Of a stretch of 64,000 bases of DNA, positions 9,737-19,551 are shown one piece after another. How positions within the stretch are numbered: the first letter of the stretch is position 1; the number at the start of each line of letters is the position of its first letter. The position numbers and the translations under genes are program-made. Location: assembly GCA_965198225.1 (NCBI GenBank), contig CBDAOY010000009.1, positions 1,024,001-1,088,000 of the forward strand, read 5' to 3'. A model generated the notes under the pieces. It did not search any database. It had not been told where the DNA came from and worked only from the letters and a program-made list of their open reading frames with translations. Source of the DNA: Terriglobia bacterium (GTDB taxonomy: Bacteria > Acidobacteriota > Terriglobia > 20CM-2-55-15).

Positions 9737-11479
9737 TTATTGCCTCATCGCCTTTTCGATCCTTGCCCAAGTGTCCCGAAGCGTGACTGTCCGGTTGAAA
9801 ACCAGGGCCCCGGGCGACGAGTCGGGATCGAGGGCGAAATAGCCGAGCCTCTCGAACTGAAACCGTGCTCCGGCCTCCGCCGCCGAGAGAGAAGGTTCCA
9901 CCCGGCACCCCCTGCGAACATCCAGCGAGTCGGGATTCAGGTGGTCGGTAAGGTCCCCATCCTTGTTGTCGTCAGGGTTCTCCACCGTGAACAGACGATC
10001 GTAGAGCCGAACTTCAGCCTGAAGAGCATGGCTGGCGGATACCCAGTGCAATGTGCCCTTCACGCGCCGGCCGTCGGGAGCCGACCCGCCTCTAGTGTCC
10101 GGATCGTACCGGCAGCCCAGTTCGATGACTTCCCCAGTTTCCTCGTCTTTGACCACCCTTTCGCACGTGATCAGGTAGGCGTACCTCAATCGAACCTCTC
10201 GGCCCGGGGCGAGGCGAAAGAACTTCTTGGGTGGTTCTTCGCGAAAGTCATCGCGTTCAATGTAGAGCACCCGTGAGAACGGGACCTTCCGAGTTCCCAT
10301 GCTTTCATCCTCGGGGTTATTGATCGCGTCCAACTCCTCGGTCTGGTCCGCCGGATAGTTATCGATGACGACCCGAAGCGGGTTCAACACTCCCATCACG
10401 CGCGGGGCGCGGAGATTCAGATCCTCGCGGATCGCATGTTCCAGTTGGGCGACGCTAACCACGCTGTTTCGTTTGGCGACCCCGATTCGGTCACAGAAGT
10501 TTCGGATGGCGGTCGCGGTGAAACCTCTTCTGCGCATGCCGCTGATGGTCGGCATCCTCGGATCGTCCCATCCGTTGACATGGCCCTCCTGGACGAGCCT
10601 CAGCAACTTCCGCTTGCTCAAGACCGTGTAGTCCAGCTTGAGGCGTGCAAACTCGATCTGCTGGGGGTGGCAGGCCACCCCCGTCTCATCCAGGACCCAA
10701 TCGTACAAAGGACGCTGGTCCTCGAATTCCAGTGAGCAGAGCGAATGGGTAATGCCCTCTATCGAATCCGACAGGCAGTGGGTAAAGTCGTACATCGGGT
10801 AGATGCACCACTTGTCTCCGGTTCTGTAGTGAGTCGCATGTCGAATGCGGTAGAGCGTCGGGTCCCGCATGTTGATGTTGCCCGAAGCCATGTCGATTCT
10901 GGCGCGCAGGACATGGGTCCCGTCTTCGAACTTTCCGGCGCGCATGCGCTCGAACAGATCCAGGTTTTCCTCCACCGACCGATCGCGGTAGGGACTGTTT
11001 TCCCCGGGTTCGGTCAGTGTGCCCCGGTACCGCCGGATTTCATCCGCGCTCAGACTGTCGACGTACGCCTTGCCTTCTTCGATGAGCAGCACCGCGTACG
11101 CGTAGAGCTTCTCGTAGTAATCGGAGGCATAGTAGAGTCGATCCTCCCAGTCGAAACCCAACCACCGGATGTCGCGATTGATCGCCTCCTCGTATTCGAC
11201 ATCTTCCTTCGCCGGATTCGTGTCGTCGAAACGCAGGTTGCAGGTGCCGCCTTCATACTCCGAAGCGACTCCGAAATTGAGGCAGATCGCTTTGGCGTGC
11301 CCGATGTGGAGATAGCCATTGGGCTCGGGAGGAAAACGCGTCGCGACCCGGCTGCCGTTCTTGTTGCTAGCTACGTCTTCGGCGATACGCGTTCGGATGA
11401 AATCCAGGGGAGCTGACTTGCCGGACGCTGCCTCGGGGGCCGCGACTTCTGAACCGGAGTGTTTGGCCTCGTCGGGCAT
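9737..11479 (-). CDS. glnS: Glutamine--tRNA ligase
   Basis: [15 protein letters not shown] (HIGH), [15 protein letters not shown]-terminal FQFERLGYF; start probably ATG 11479. Confidence 0.97.
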   Translation of the reverse strand: MPDEAKHSGSEVAAPEAASGKSAPLDFIRTRIAEDVASNKNGSRVATRFPPEPNGYLHIGHAKAICLNFGVASEYEGGTCNLRFDDTNPAKEDVEYEEAINRDIRWLGFDWEDRLYYASDYYEKLYAYAVLLIEEGKAYVDSLSADEIRRYRGTLTEPGENSPYRDRSVEENLDLFERMRAGKFEDGTHVLRARIDMASGNINMRDPTLYRIRHATHYRTGDKWCIYPMYDFTHCLSDSIEGITHSLCSLEFEDQRPLYDWVLDETGVACHPQQIEFARLKLDYTVLSKRKLLRLVQEGHVNGWDDPRMPTISGMRRRGFTATAIRNFCDRIGVAKRNSVVSVAQLEHAIREDLNLRAPRVMGVLNPLRVVIDNYPADQTEELDAINNPEDESMGTRKVPFSRVLYIERDDFREEPPKKFFRLAPGREVRLRYAYLITCERVVKDEETGEVIELGCRYDPDTRGGSAPDGRRVKGTLHWVSASHALQAEVRLYDRLFTVENPDDNKDGDLTDHLNPDSLDVRRGCRVEPSLSAAEAGARFQFERLGYFALDPDSSPGALVFNRTVTLRDTWARIEKAMRQ

Positions 11480-11590
11480 GGATTTGATCTTATCACTTCC
11501 CCTGATCGGCGCTCGGCTCGTTGCGTTCGACGGAACCTGCATCGAACCGGCGAAGGGTCTGGCTCAGTCAGGCAGCAAGTTAAGGATCGA

Positions 11591-11858
11591 GTGTAGGTGC
11601 GCTCTATGAAGCTGTGAACGTATGGGAACGGAAAATCGGGTGGCGGGGCTTTTCACGTGTAGGTGCGGTCTATGACCGCACAACTTGTGGTCCCGCGGGC
11701 ATTTGTGCGCTCATAGAGCGCACCTACACTTGAGGATCGCAGGTTCTTCATGAAAAGCTCCGCCACCCGATTCTCAAACAAATGGCATTCGTTTACAGCT
11801 TGTATGAGCGCACATCGTTTCGGCTCGAAGAAAGTTCGGTCATAGACCGCACCTACAC
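11591..11858. repeat. REPIN (GTAG-REP pair) interrupted by a MITE that itself contains a REPIN
   Basis: Outer REP gtgtaggtgcgctctat|gagcgcac is split by an insertion; partner REP ends at 11858; inner REPIN at 11657-11729. Confidence 0.85.
11608..11802. mobile_element. MITE (195 bp) with ~50-bp imperfect TIRs, inserted in a REP loop
   Basis: TIRs gaagctgtgaacg...gggtggcggggcttttca and tgaaaagctccgccacccg...cgtttacagcttg; TAT(G) duplicated on both sides. Confidence 0.8.
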
Positions 11859-11910
11859 CTCTGCCATCAGAGGGTCGGCCCGAAACGTCCTTTCTCGAAA
11901 AGCTGTTTGA

Positions 11911-12417
11911 CTACTGGACGCCGAAACTTCCAGTCAGGGTTGAGCTGCCCCACTGGATATTGATTTCGGCGAGGCCGGCCTTTTCCGACAGTTGGATCGT
12001 CAGCAGTTCTGCCGACTCGGCGGCCTCTCCTAGCGAAAGCGGCAACTCTGCAACATACCCGTCGTGTAAGGGCGGATCGCCCCAGACGCCGGTCGTCGGA
12101 TGGAAGGCCAGAATCCAGTCCTGGGCCCCGGTTTTCCTCGCCCACAGTGAGTAGCGGCCGGCCTTCAGCTGCGTCCCGCCGACAAGCAGCTCGCCGCTGG
12201 ATTCAATTTCGGTGGCCTGGTCAGCCCCGACGCGCCACACGGTGCCCACGCTCGCCATAGAAAGCACGTCGCGGCCGTACAGGCCCGGGCGGCCATAATC
12301 GACACGAAGGGTTTTCGCGTTGACGATTGCTTCGGTTGAATCACGATCGTTCTGAGCCACCGCGGGTAGGCTCAGGAACAGGGCCAGTGTCAGTGAAACG
12401 ATGATTTTCAGACGCAT
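11911..12417 (-). CDS. DUF2911 domain secreted protein
   Basis: Signal peptide; VDYGRP, VWRVGADQAT, LKAGRYSLW motifs. Confidence 0.85.
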   Translation of the reverse strand: MRLKIIVSLTLALFLSLPAVAQNDRDSTEAIVNAKTLRVDYGRPGLYGRDVLSMASVGTVWRVGADQATEIESSGELLVGGTQLKAGRYSLWARKTGAQDWILAFHPTTGVWGDPPLHDGYVAELPLSLGEAAESAELLTIQLSEKAGLAEINIQWGSSTLTGSFGVQ

Positions 12418-12494
12418 CTAAAACTCCTCCGGGCTGGTTGTCTCCAATAAAGCGTCCCACGAGCAAGGTCGGTCGGATTGTAACTTGCGCCACA

Positions 12495-13061
12495 TCACTG
12501 CTTCAGTGGCGGCGCCTTCGCCAGACCGTTTCGGTAGGAAAACAGCATAAGCTCGACTCGATCGGACACCTCGAGTTTGGAAAAAATGGAAGTGAGGTGG
12601 TGGCGGACCGTTGTCTCGCTGATGAAGAGACGCTCGGCCACGTCCTTGCTCTTGAGCCCCTCACCGACAAGACCGACAACCTCACGCTCTCGATCCGTCA
12701 GAGTCGCGATGCGGTCCATCTCCGGGTCTTTCTTGGTCTTTGGTGCCACAATGTCGGAGAGGACCTGGCCCATCATCGAGCGGTCCAGCCATGCGGAGCC
12801 GGTCAGGGCGATGATCCGCGATTCCGGCGCCGATTCCGCAAGTTCGGGAATCATCTTCAAGTCGCTATCTTCTCCGAGGTCCAGGTCGAGAAGGATGATG
12901 TCGGGCTGCTTTGCCGCGACGAGGGCGAGTGCCTCCTCCCGTGTTGCGGCCTCGCCGATCACCCTGAGGTCGTCGTGCTTTTCGATGATCAAGGTCAGAC
13001 CTGTGCGGACGACCGCATGATCATCCACAAGGACGACTCGGATCGCGCTCTCTTTTTCCAT
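12495..13061 (-). pseudogene. NarL/LuxR family response regulator with an internal deletion in the REC domain
   Basis: LVDDH..., PDIILLD, then RIIALTG joined directly to SAWLDRS (alpha4-beta5 with the conserved Lys is absent); LuxR HTH LTDREREV...TVRHH intact. Confidence 0.75.
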
Positions 13062-13180
13062 ACGATACGGCTTGGGCTACGACTGGAAAAACGAATCGAG
13101 AAGGAGATGATACAGGACGGGAAGTAAGGCGGCAATCGGGCAACGGCGGGGGCGAGCCTGCGCCATGGCTGTCCAAAACA

Positions 13181-13364
13181 GTGTGGGTGCGCTCTGTGAG
13201 CGGGACCATCCATTAGCGTCGGGCCCACCGTCCCCCTCGCGACGATGGTTTGAGCGTTCGAGCACCGATCGCAAAGCGTGGATTTGCAGAGAAAGACAGC
13301 TGGTCCGGTCCCCCCACGCCTTCCGTGAACCGAAACTGTGTGCGGTCATAGACCGCACCTACAC
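13181..13364. repeat. Long REPIN with conserved ~135-bp internal segment (copy 1)
   Basis: REP at both ends; interior homologous to the reverse complement of 16336-16520. Confidence 0.8.
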
Positions 13365-13449
13365 CTCCGTTTGGACTTGGGTTCTCCAAAGTCCCGGTCT
13401 TTAAAAGAGGTAAACTGTCCAACCATTCCATAGCTTGGGTTCCCAGACC

Positions 13450-14216
13450 ATGAAACGCGCGGCGCGAATAGTACTGGCTTTCCTCATCATCAACCTCCCC
13501 GCCGGGGCGCAGGATGTCGTCCTGATCGGTGGCACCGGTTCAGCCGGTTTCGAGGCGAATGTGCGGATTCGCGACGGTCGAATCGCCGCGGTGGGTAGCT
13601 TCGAGCCGCGTTCGGACGATCGAGTCGTGGATGTCGGCGGTCTGGTTGTTTCTCCGGGGTTCGTCGACATCCATAATCATTCGGCTGGTGGTCTTGCCGA
13701 AGACCCGGCGGCGGCGTCACAAGTGGCTCAGGGAATCACCACGATGGCGCTCGGTCCCGACGTCGGCGGTCCGTTCGAGGTACGGGATTTCCTCGCTACG
13801 ATCGATGCCAATCCGTCGTCGGTGAACATATTGACGTTCGTCGGCCACGGTACCGTGAGGCGGCACGTCCTAGGAGACGACTACAGGAGGCAGGCCTCGG
13901 ATCAGGAACTCAACGCGATGGAGGATCTCGTCGTTGGTCCTCAGGAATCGGGGTTCTGGTGCCGAGCCGCGAGTTCGACGATCCCGACGTGGTTCGCAAA
14001 GGAATCGACGACGTCGGCGGTCCCGGTACCGTCCTGGTCACGCGATCCCAGGCGCACCCGGAATACAATTTCCGGACGCTCGAGGAGATCGCCGAAGATC
14101 GAGAAATGTCTGCAGTCGATCTGTTCATGGAGATCATGGAGGGGGACAGGGGTATAGCCCTGTCCCCGGGTCTTCACTGCGCAGAAAAGTTGGGGAAGGC
14201 TTCAACTGACAACTGA
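13450..14216 (+). pseudogene. N-acyl-D-amino-acid deacylase (amidohydrolase) fragment, deleted, frameshifted and truncated
   Basis: PGFVDIHNHS, QGITT, VGHGTVR motifs; a later part (RTLEEIAE...AVDLFMEIM) is in another frame and ends at a GGGGACAGG palindrome. Confidence 0.8.
14139..14170. repeat. Second palindromic repeat family (GGGGACAGG-TATA-CCTGTCCCC), copy 1
   Basis: Same sequence inverted at 27690-27721; variant at 43672-43703. Confidence 0.7.
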
Positions 14217-14263
14217 CAACTGACTACTTCTTCAATATCCCTTCCAACACCTCCAGACGACCA

Positions 14264-15643
14264 TCAAATCTCCAAGCCGAGAATCTCCATGACCAGAGGG
14301 TAGACGTGAATGTTCTCGAAACTGGGAATGACACGCGAGCTGACCAGGTTTGGTCCCTTTGCAAAGAAGACGGCATGCATCTCCTCGTTCACGTACGGAT
14401 CGTAGCCGTGTGTCCCGCCGTTGAACTCGTGGGTATCTGTCCATGACAGAGGGTAGACGTGAACGAAACGCAGGCTGAGGTTTGGTCCCTTTGCAAAGAA
14501 GACGGCATGCATCTCCTCGTTCACGTACGGATCGTAGCCGTGTGTCCCGCCGTTGAACTCTATGTCGACCACGCGCAGGCTGATCGACCAGGGCAAGGCT
14601 GCTTCGATGAGAATGTCGCCTAGACGTGAGTTCCTGTTGTGCCAGCGGTCCGGAGTCTCCTCGCGTCGGTAGACCAGATAGTCGGCATCATTCGCCTCGA
14701 GTCCCTCGTAAATCTCCACGACGCGTTCGGCGTCTTCCACGTAGATGGAGCTTCGGGGACCGAACCCGACTACCTGGGCGCCGCGCAGGCTGACGTAGTC
14801 GTCCAGGTAGATCACTTTGTCCGGATCCTGGTCGACCATGCCGTGGTCGGACACGATGATCACGTTGACATCGATCGGGAGATCCTCGAGCCCATCCACA
14901 AGGAATCCAATTTCCGAATCGATCGCCCGGACCGCCTCCCGGAGGTCCGCCGAACTTGTCCCGCTGTCATGCCCGGCCGAGTCGACGAGGGAGAAATATA
15001 GAGTAATCATGTGCGGCCGTTCGGCCTCGGGCAGCGAGAGCCAATCGAGCACCGTCTCGACACGTTCACGATTCGGTACGGACTGGTTGTACTTCTCCAG
15101 ATATGTGGGGCGAACTCCCTGGATATCGGCCTCCGAACCAACCCAGAAGTAGCTTGCCGAGAGCATGCCCTGCTGCTCGGCCGCTACCCACAGGGGCGTT
15201 CCGCCGTACCATGATCCGTCCAGGATCGCCGAGGGATCGCGCAGGTAATACCGGTCCCCACGCGCCGGATCGGTGAAGTCGTTGGCGACGATCCCGTGGT
15301 TGCCGGGATACATGCCAGTGACAAGCGTGTACTGGTTCGGGAAGGTCACCGAAGGGTAGCTGGGTATCAGGCTCTCGGCGCGAACGCCCTCGTCGGCAAA
15401 GCGTCTGAAGTTGGGGGCGTCGAATATTTCGGTGTAATCGTGTCTGAAGCCGTCGATCGAGACCATGACCACATAGGGCCGGTCCTGCTGTTCGGCTGAG
15501 TTCTGTCCTTGAGTGGATGTCGATTGGGGCTCTGCCTGCGGTGGCGAACTACATGCGGTTCCCGTCCACACGAGAGCCAGCATGATTCCCGTTTTGAAGA
15601 GTCGTTTCAATGGATCTATCTCCAGGGCCTTCGGGCCAGCCAA
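14264..15643 (-). CDS. Nucleotide pyrophosphatase/phosphodiesterase (alkaline phosphatase superfamily) lipoprotein with scrambled C-terminus
   Basis: SIDGFR, PSVTFPN (catalytic Thr), DSAGH, SDHGM, HGYD motifs; lipobox GTAC; 83-bp duplication near the 3' end; true start may be TTG at ~15610. Confidence 0.88.
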   Translation of the reverse strand: MAGPKALEIDPLKRLFKTGIMLALVWTGTACSSPPQAEPQSTSTQGQNSAEQQDRPYVVMVSIDGFRHDYTEIFDAPNFRRFADEGVRAESLIPSYPSVTFPNQYTLVTGMYPGNHGIVANDFTDPARGDRYYLRDPSAILDGSWYGGTPLWVAAEQQGMLSASYFWVGSEADIQGVRPTYLEKYNQSVPNRERVETVLDWLSLPEAERPHMITLYFSLVDSAGHDSGTSSADLREAVRAIDSEIGFLVDGLEDLPIDVNVIIVSDHGMVDQDPDKVIYLDDYVSLRGAQVVGFGPRSSIYVEDAERVVEIYEGLEANDADYLVYRREETPDRWHNRNSRLGDILIEAALPWSISLRVVDIEFNGGTHGYDPYVNEEMHAVFFAKGPNLSLRFVHVYPLSWTDTHEFNGGTHGYDPYVNEEMHAVFFAKGPNLVSSRVIPSFENIHVYPLVMEILGLEI

Positions 15644-15834
15644 GCTTATTCGAGAATAAGATCGACGGTCAATGAGGGGAGTGGGCAGTAGTCACTTTGA
15701 TGGAGCCTGCCTGTTACTGATGACCACTGGACCGACCGCTCGGTTTGATCCTCCCACTCGATTTGATTATCGTGTGGTCTGCCTATTGGAGTTTCCTGGA
15801 AACAATAACTCCGTCCCGATTTAGGGAGCTATCG

Positions 15835-16335
15835 ATGAACAGTTTGCCTCGACTCCTGCTCCTGACGACCGTGACTCTGACGTTCTCGTCCTGCTCGATC
15901 GCTGTTGAGCCGGACCCACCTGCTGATCCAGTTCCAGACATCGAAGCCGACGTTCAGGCCATAAGGAACCTGCAGGAGCAGCTCACGCTGGCATACAACA
16001 CCGGCGACGCAGAGTTGCTGGCGTCACTCCATTCAACCGACGTGGTGCGGATGCCTCCCGGCGCTCCGGATGTCGTCGGCAGCGAAGCCGTCCTGGAAGG
16101 TAGTCGGCAGAGTTTCAGTCTCGCCGATGTCGAGCTGTCGAACGCCAGCGATGAAATCCTGGTGTCTGGCGATCTCGCGTTCGCCCGTGGTGTCGCAACG
16201 AGCACGAGCCTGCCCAAGGACGGCAGCGAAGGCGCCAGCTCCAGCACCCGATACCTCCACATCTACCAGCGGCAGGCTGACGGGGGTTGGTTGATATCGC
16301 GGGTTATCTTCAATGCATTTCAGAGTGATGAATAA
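15835..16335 (+). CDS. YybH/DUF4440 (SnoaL-like) lipoprotein
   Basis: Lipobox FSSC; AYNTGDA..., MPPG, YLHIYQRQADGGWLI. Confidence 0.8.
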   Translation: MNSLPRLLLLTTVTLTFSSCSIAVEPDPPADPVPDIEADVQAIRNLQEQLTLAYNTGDAELLASLHSTDVVRMPPGAPDVVGSEAVLEGSRQSFSLADVELSNASDEILVSGDLAFARGVATSTSLPKDGSEGASSSTRYLHIYQRQADGGWLISRVIFNAFQSDE

Positions 16336-16520
16336 GTGTAGGTGCGGTCTATGACCGCACACCGTTTCTAGTCGTGGATGGCGTGGGGGGACCGGACCAA
16401 CTGTCTTTCTCCACGGACCCGCGCCCAGCAATTCGGTCCGTGAACGTCCAGTCTTTCGCCGTGAGGGGGACGGTGGGCCCGACGCTAATAGATGGTTTCG
16501 CTCATAGAGCGCACCTACAC
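16336..16520. repeat. Long REPIN with conserved internal segment (copy 2), between convergent stop codons
   Basis: gtgtaggtgcggtctatgaccgcac ... gctcatagagcgcacctacac; interior matches 13181-13364 inverted. Confidence 0.8.
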
Positions 16521-19006
16521 TACTGACTACCCCCAATCGCTTCTCTCAGGGCTTGCTCGTACAACAAGCTGTCGGTGACAAACATGTTGTCCGGGTACCG
16601 CCGGGTTGCGGTCATGTTGTTGTATATGTCGACCTCGATGTACAGGTTCAGGGCCAGCCCGGCCAGGTACTGCAGCCGAAGGTTGCGGTCGAAATTCAAT
16701 TGGGCGTCTTTGAGCCAGTCGGTCATGTCGGCTCCCCGGTTTGCGTAGGTGCTGAGCACGTCGATGGCGGAGTTGAAGTCCACTTCGATCAGCGACTGCA
16801 TCAGCCGGGGCTCCCGTCGGATTCGCGCGTCCATCGTCTCAGGGTTGATTGTCGTCGGCCCTTCCTGTCCGAGGACGATCACGTCGTACCCCTCACCGAA
16901 GATGTCGCTGTTCCATACGGTGGCATCGGGAAACGCCCCGACGAAAGTGGCGAGCTGGCTCTTCACCGCCCCCTCGTTGCTTTCGTAGAGCGGTACCCAC
17001 TGCGTCACGACGCCTCCCGGGTTCAGGTGTTCTTTCACCATGTCGAAGTACTCCGCCGAGTACATGGCGGCGGCGCCGCGGACCCAGGGATGAATCGGGT
17101 CGGAGGTGATGATGTCGAATTTCTCGTCCGACGTCGCCAGGAAATGGCGCGCGTCGTCGATAACCACCTCGGTTCTCGGATCATCGATCACGAAGTGGTT
17201 TTCCTGTCCGAAGAATCGACCAGCGGCTTCCGGTACGTGAGCTTCGATCTCGCAGATGACGATCCGTTCGACTTCGGGATGAACGACGAAAGAGCCCGCC
17301 GTCACTCCGGCGCCGCAACCGACGATGAGAATCGAACGGGGGTTCTCATGGATCAGCGCAGGGACATGACCCAGCATCCTTTGAAGTCGCATGTCGATCT
17401 GCACGTTGGAGGCAACGACTTTGCCGGCGACGTGCATGCTGCGCTCGCCCTCGAACTCCGAGACCGCAACAGAGGCGTCGATTCCTTCCGCCGTGTAGAG
17501 GTACTCCGTACCTTGTCCCCAGTACTCGATGAACCGGCCGTAGGCTATCAGCCCCTGCGGCGTCGGAGGGACGACGAAGATCAGCACCAGGGCGAGGCTC
17601 ATCACGAACGCTGCCCCAGCGAGGCCCTGGAACGAGCCCGGTGCATCCCTGTCCGGCCCGGAGGATGCGGCGGCGTTCGACCGGCTCTCTCGGAGCATGA
17701 GGAGGGCGGCTCCGGCGGCTAGAACCATGAAAGCCTGCTGGGCACTCTGTGTGCCGGCATAGGGAATCCAGACGAGCGTGACGAACAGGCTCCCGATGAT
17801 CGCTCCGACAGTGTTAGCTGCATAGACTCCACCGACAAGCTTTCCGGACTCGCGACGGCCCTCCGCTGCTACGGCGAGAGCCAGCGGGAAAGACGCCCCC
17901 CACAGGAAGGTCGCCGGCAGCATGGCCACGGCGCACCGGAACATGTCGAACGCGTAGACATAGGCCATGCTGTCCAGAGACCGTTCGTAGATCCACGGGA
18001 AAAAGTCCTCGCTCGGCTGCCAGTAGGGCACCCGTTGGGTGATCATCAGGGCGCCCCAGAGGATCGCCGGGACCAGGAGCATCTGGCATTGGGCCAAGGC
18101 CTGTGCGGCGTTGCTGGTGCGCCGTGCGGCGAGGGAACCCACGCAGCTGCCGATTCCCAGTCCGGTCAAGAATACCGCCAGGATCAGCGAGAAATTGTAG
18201 ACCGTCGCTCCGAACAGCAGCGAGAGCTGCCTGGTCCAGACGACCTCGGCGCCGAGCGCCGTCAGTCCCGAAAGAGCGACCACCACGTAGGCTGCATTCG
18301 AGGAGGGCCGCGCATGTCCGCTTTCTTCAGGAGCATCGTGTTCGGAAGGGAATCCGTGTTTCGCTGCCACACAGAGGGCGATGACGCCGACCGCAACGTT
18401 GATCGCTACCGCAACGTAGGTGGCGAACACCGTATCGTGCACACGGAGCAGGTAGAAACCTGTGAACAGGGCGCCCAGCACCGCGCCGGCGATGTTTGCG
18501 CCGTAGAAGAACCCGAGGCGCGAGACCCCGACCTTGGTCGTCCGGATCCATCTCGCGACGGCCGGCAGGGTGGCACCCATCAAGACAGTCGGTGGAAGCA
18601 GGCAGAGGGCTGCGACCAGCCCTCTAATCAGGATGTTGCCCAGACCGTAGCCAAACGTACCGAGGTAGATCCGGCCGACAAAGGGAAGGAGGAAATAGAG
18701 GAGGACACCGATCAGCCCGATTCCAATCTCCAGGTACGCGTAGACGCGTAGCGGGTGGAACTTGGAGGAGACATAACGCGGGAATGCCAGGCTGCCCAGG
18801 CACATCCCTCCCATGAAGCTTCCGAGCAGGACGGCCAGCGAGATGGCGGACGCCCCGATCACCAGCTGCAGGATGTGGAACCAGACGATCTCGTAGATGA
18901 GGGCCGAGCAACCACTGCCGACGAAAAGCAACAAGAGTGCGGGTGTGAAATACCCCGACCCGGACGAGGTGCCCGGAGCCGGTGCTGCGGTTTGTAGGGA
19001 ACTCAC
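16520..19006 (-). CDS. Fused membrane domain (MFS-like)/spermidine-synthase-like SAM-fold protein
   Basis: SGCSALIYEIVW, LMGATLP, YGANIAGA repeats; C-terminal IVGCGAGVT, CEIE, DDAR, DIITSDP. Confidence 0.88.
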   Translation of the reverse strand: MSSLQTAAPAPGTSSGSGYFTPALLLLFVGSGCSALIYEIVWFHILQLVIGASAISLAVLLGSFMGGMCLGSLAFPRYVSSKFHPLRVYAYLEIGIGLIGVLLYFLLPFVGRIYLGTFGYGLGNILIRGLVAALCLLPPTVLMGATLPAVARWIRTTKVGVSRLGFFYGANIAGAVLGALFTGFYLLRVHDTVFATYVAVAINVAVGVIALCVAAKHGFPSEHDAPEESGHARPSSNAAYVVVALSGLTALGAEVVWTRQLSLLFGATVYNFSLILAVFLTGLGIGSCVGSLAARRTSNAAQALAQCQMLLVPAILWGALMITQRVPYWQPSEDFFPWIYERSLDSMAYVYAFDMFRCAVAMLPATFLWGASFPLALAVAAEGRRESGKLVGGVYAANTVGAIIGSLFVTLVWIPYAGTQSAQQAFMVLAAGAALLMLRESRSNAAASSGPDRDAPGSFQGLAGAAFVMSLALVLIFVVPPTPQGLIAYGRFIEYWGQGTEYLYTAEGIDASVAVSEFEGERSMHVAGKVVASNVQIDMRLQRMLGHVPALIHENPRSILIVGCGAGVTAGSFVVHPEVERIVICEIEAHVPEAAGRFFGQENHFVIDDPRTEVVIDDARHFLATSDEKFDIITSDPIHPWVRGAAAMYSAEYFDMVKEHLNPGGVVTQWVPLYESNEGAVKSQLATFVGAFPDATVWNSDIFGEGYDVIVLGQEGPTTINPETMDARIRREPRLMQSLIEVDFNSAIDVLSTYANRGADMTDWLKDAQLNFDRNLRLQYLAGLALNLYIEVDIYNNMTATRRYPDNMFVTDSLLYEQALREAIGGSQ

Positions 19007-19208
19007 TTCTTTCTCGGTTCGGGAGTCGGTCTTGGGTTCCTCGATCCGTCAGGATCGTAGACCGACACACTGATGCCGGTCAATCGGCGGTGGAGACCCT
19101 TATTCAACTTCACAAGTTCCTACGAGCGGCTTGCGATCTCGGTTACACCTCTGAACGTCAGCAGCGTTTGACGCTGGTAGACACGTCCGATACTATGCCT
19201 TCCTCGCA

Positions 19209-19482
19209 AGTACTCTGTCCCAGAGATAGCGAGCCTAACGCCGATGGGTCTTGGCGGCGAGGTCGAGGAGCGAGACGCGAAGTGATGCTCTTTCATCCTG
19301 AACGGCGAGAGACAAAGAGATCGCCGCCAACCCCCATCGGCCCGAAGGGTTCGGGCGGAACGGCATCGTCTTCGTTGTCGCTCCTCACTCACAATGAGTG
19401 AGCATTTCCTCCCTCGTCGCTCCTAGAATCCGATGCCGTTGCGCTCCGAACGTTAAGCTCGCTATCTCTGGGACAGGGTACT
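19209..19482. mobile_element. MITE-like element (274 bp) with 32-bp TIRs and a structured core
   Basis: agtactctgtcccagagatagcgagcctaacg and cgttaagctcgctatctctgggacagggtact (2 mismatches); core homologous to 48071-48347. Confidence 0.82.
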
Positions 19483-19551
19483 ACGGGTCAACGTAATGTT
19501 TTGACGACGCGATCCATCAGATTCTTGCCACGAGCTGCTGAGGGAGAGACG

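Noticed and set aside
13077-13358. Family of small ORFs beginning MRSMTAH or containing CGHRPHLH (also 31145, 52729, 59098, and N-terminal extensions at 36637 and 52915)
   Set aside because: These peptides are translations of the REP sequence, not a gene family
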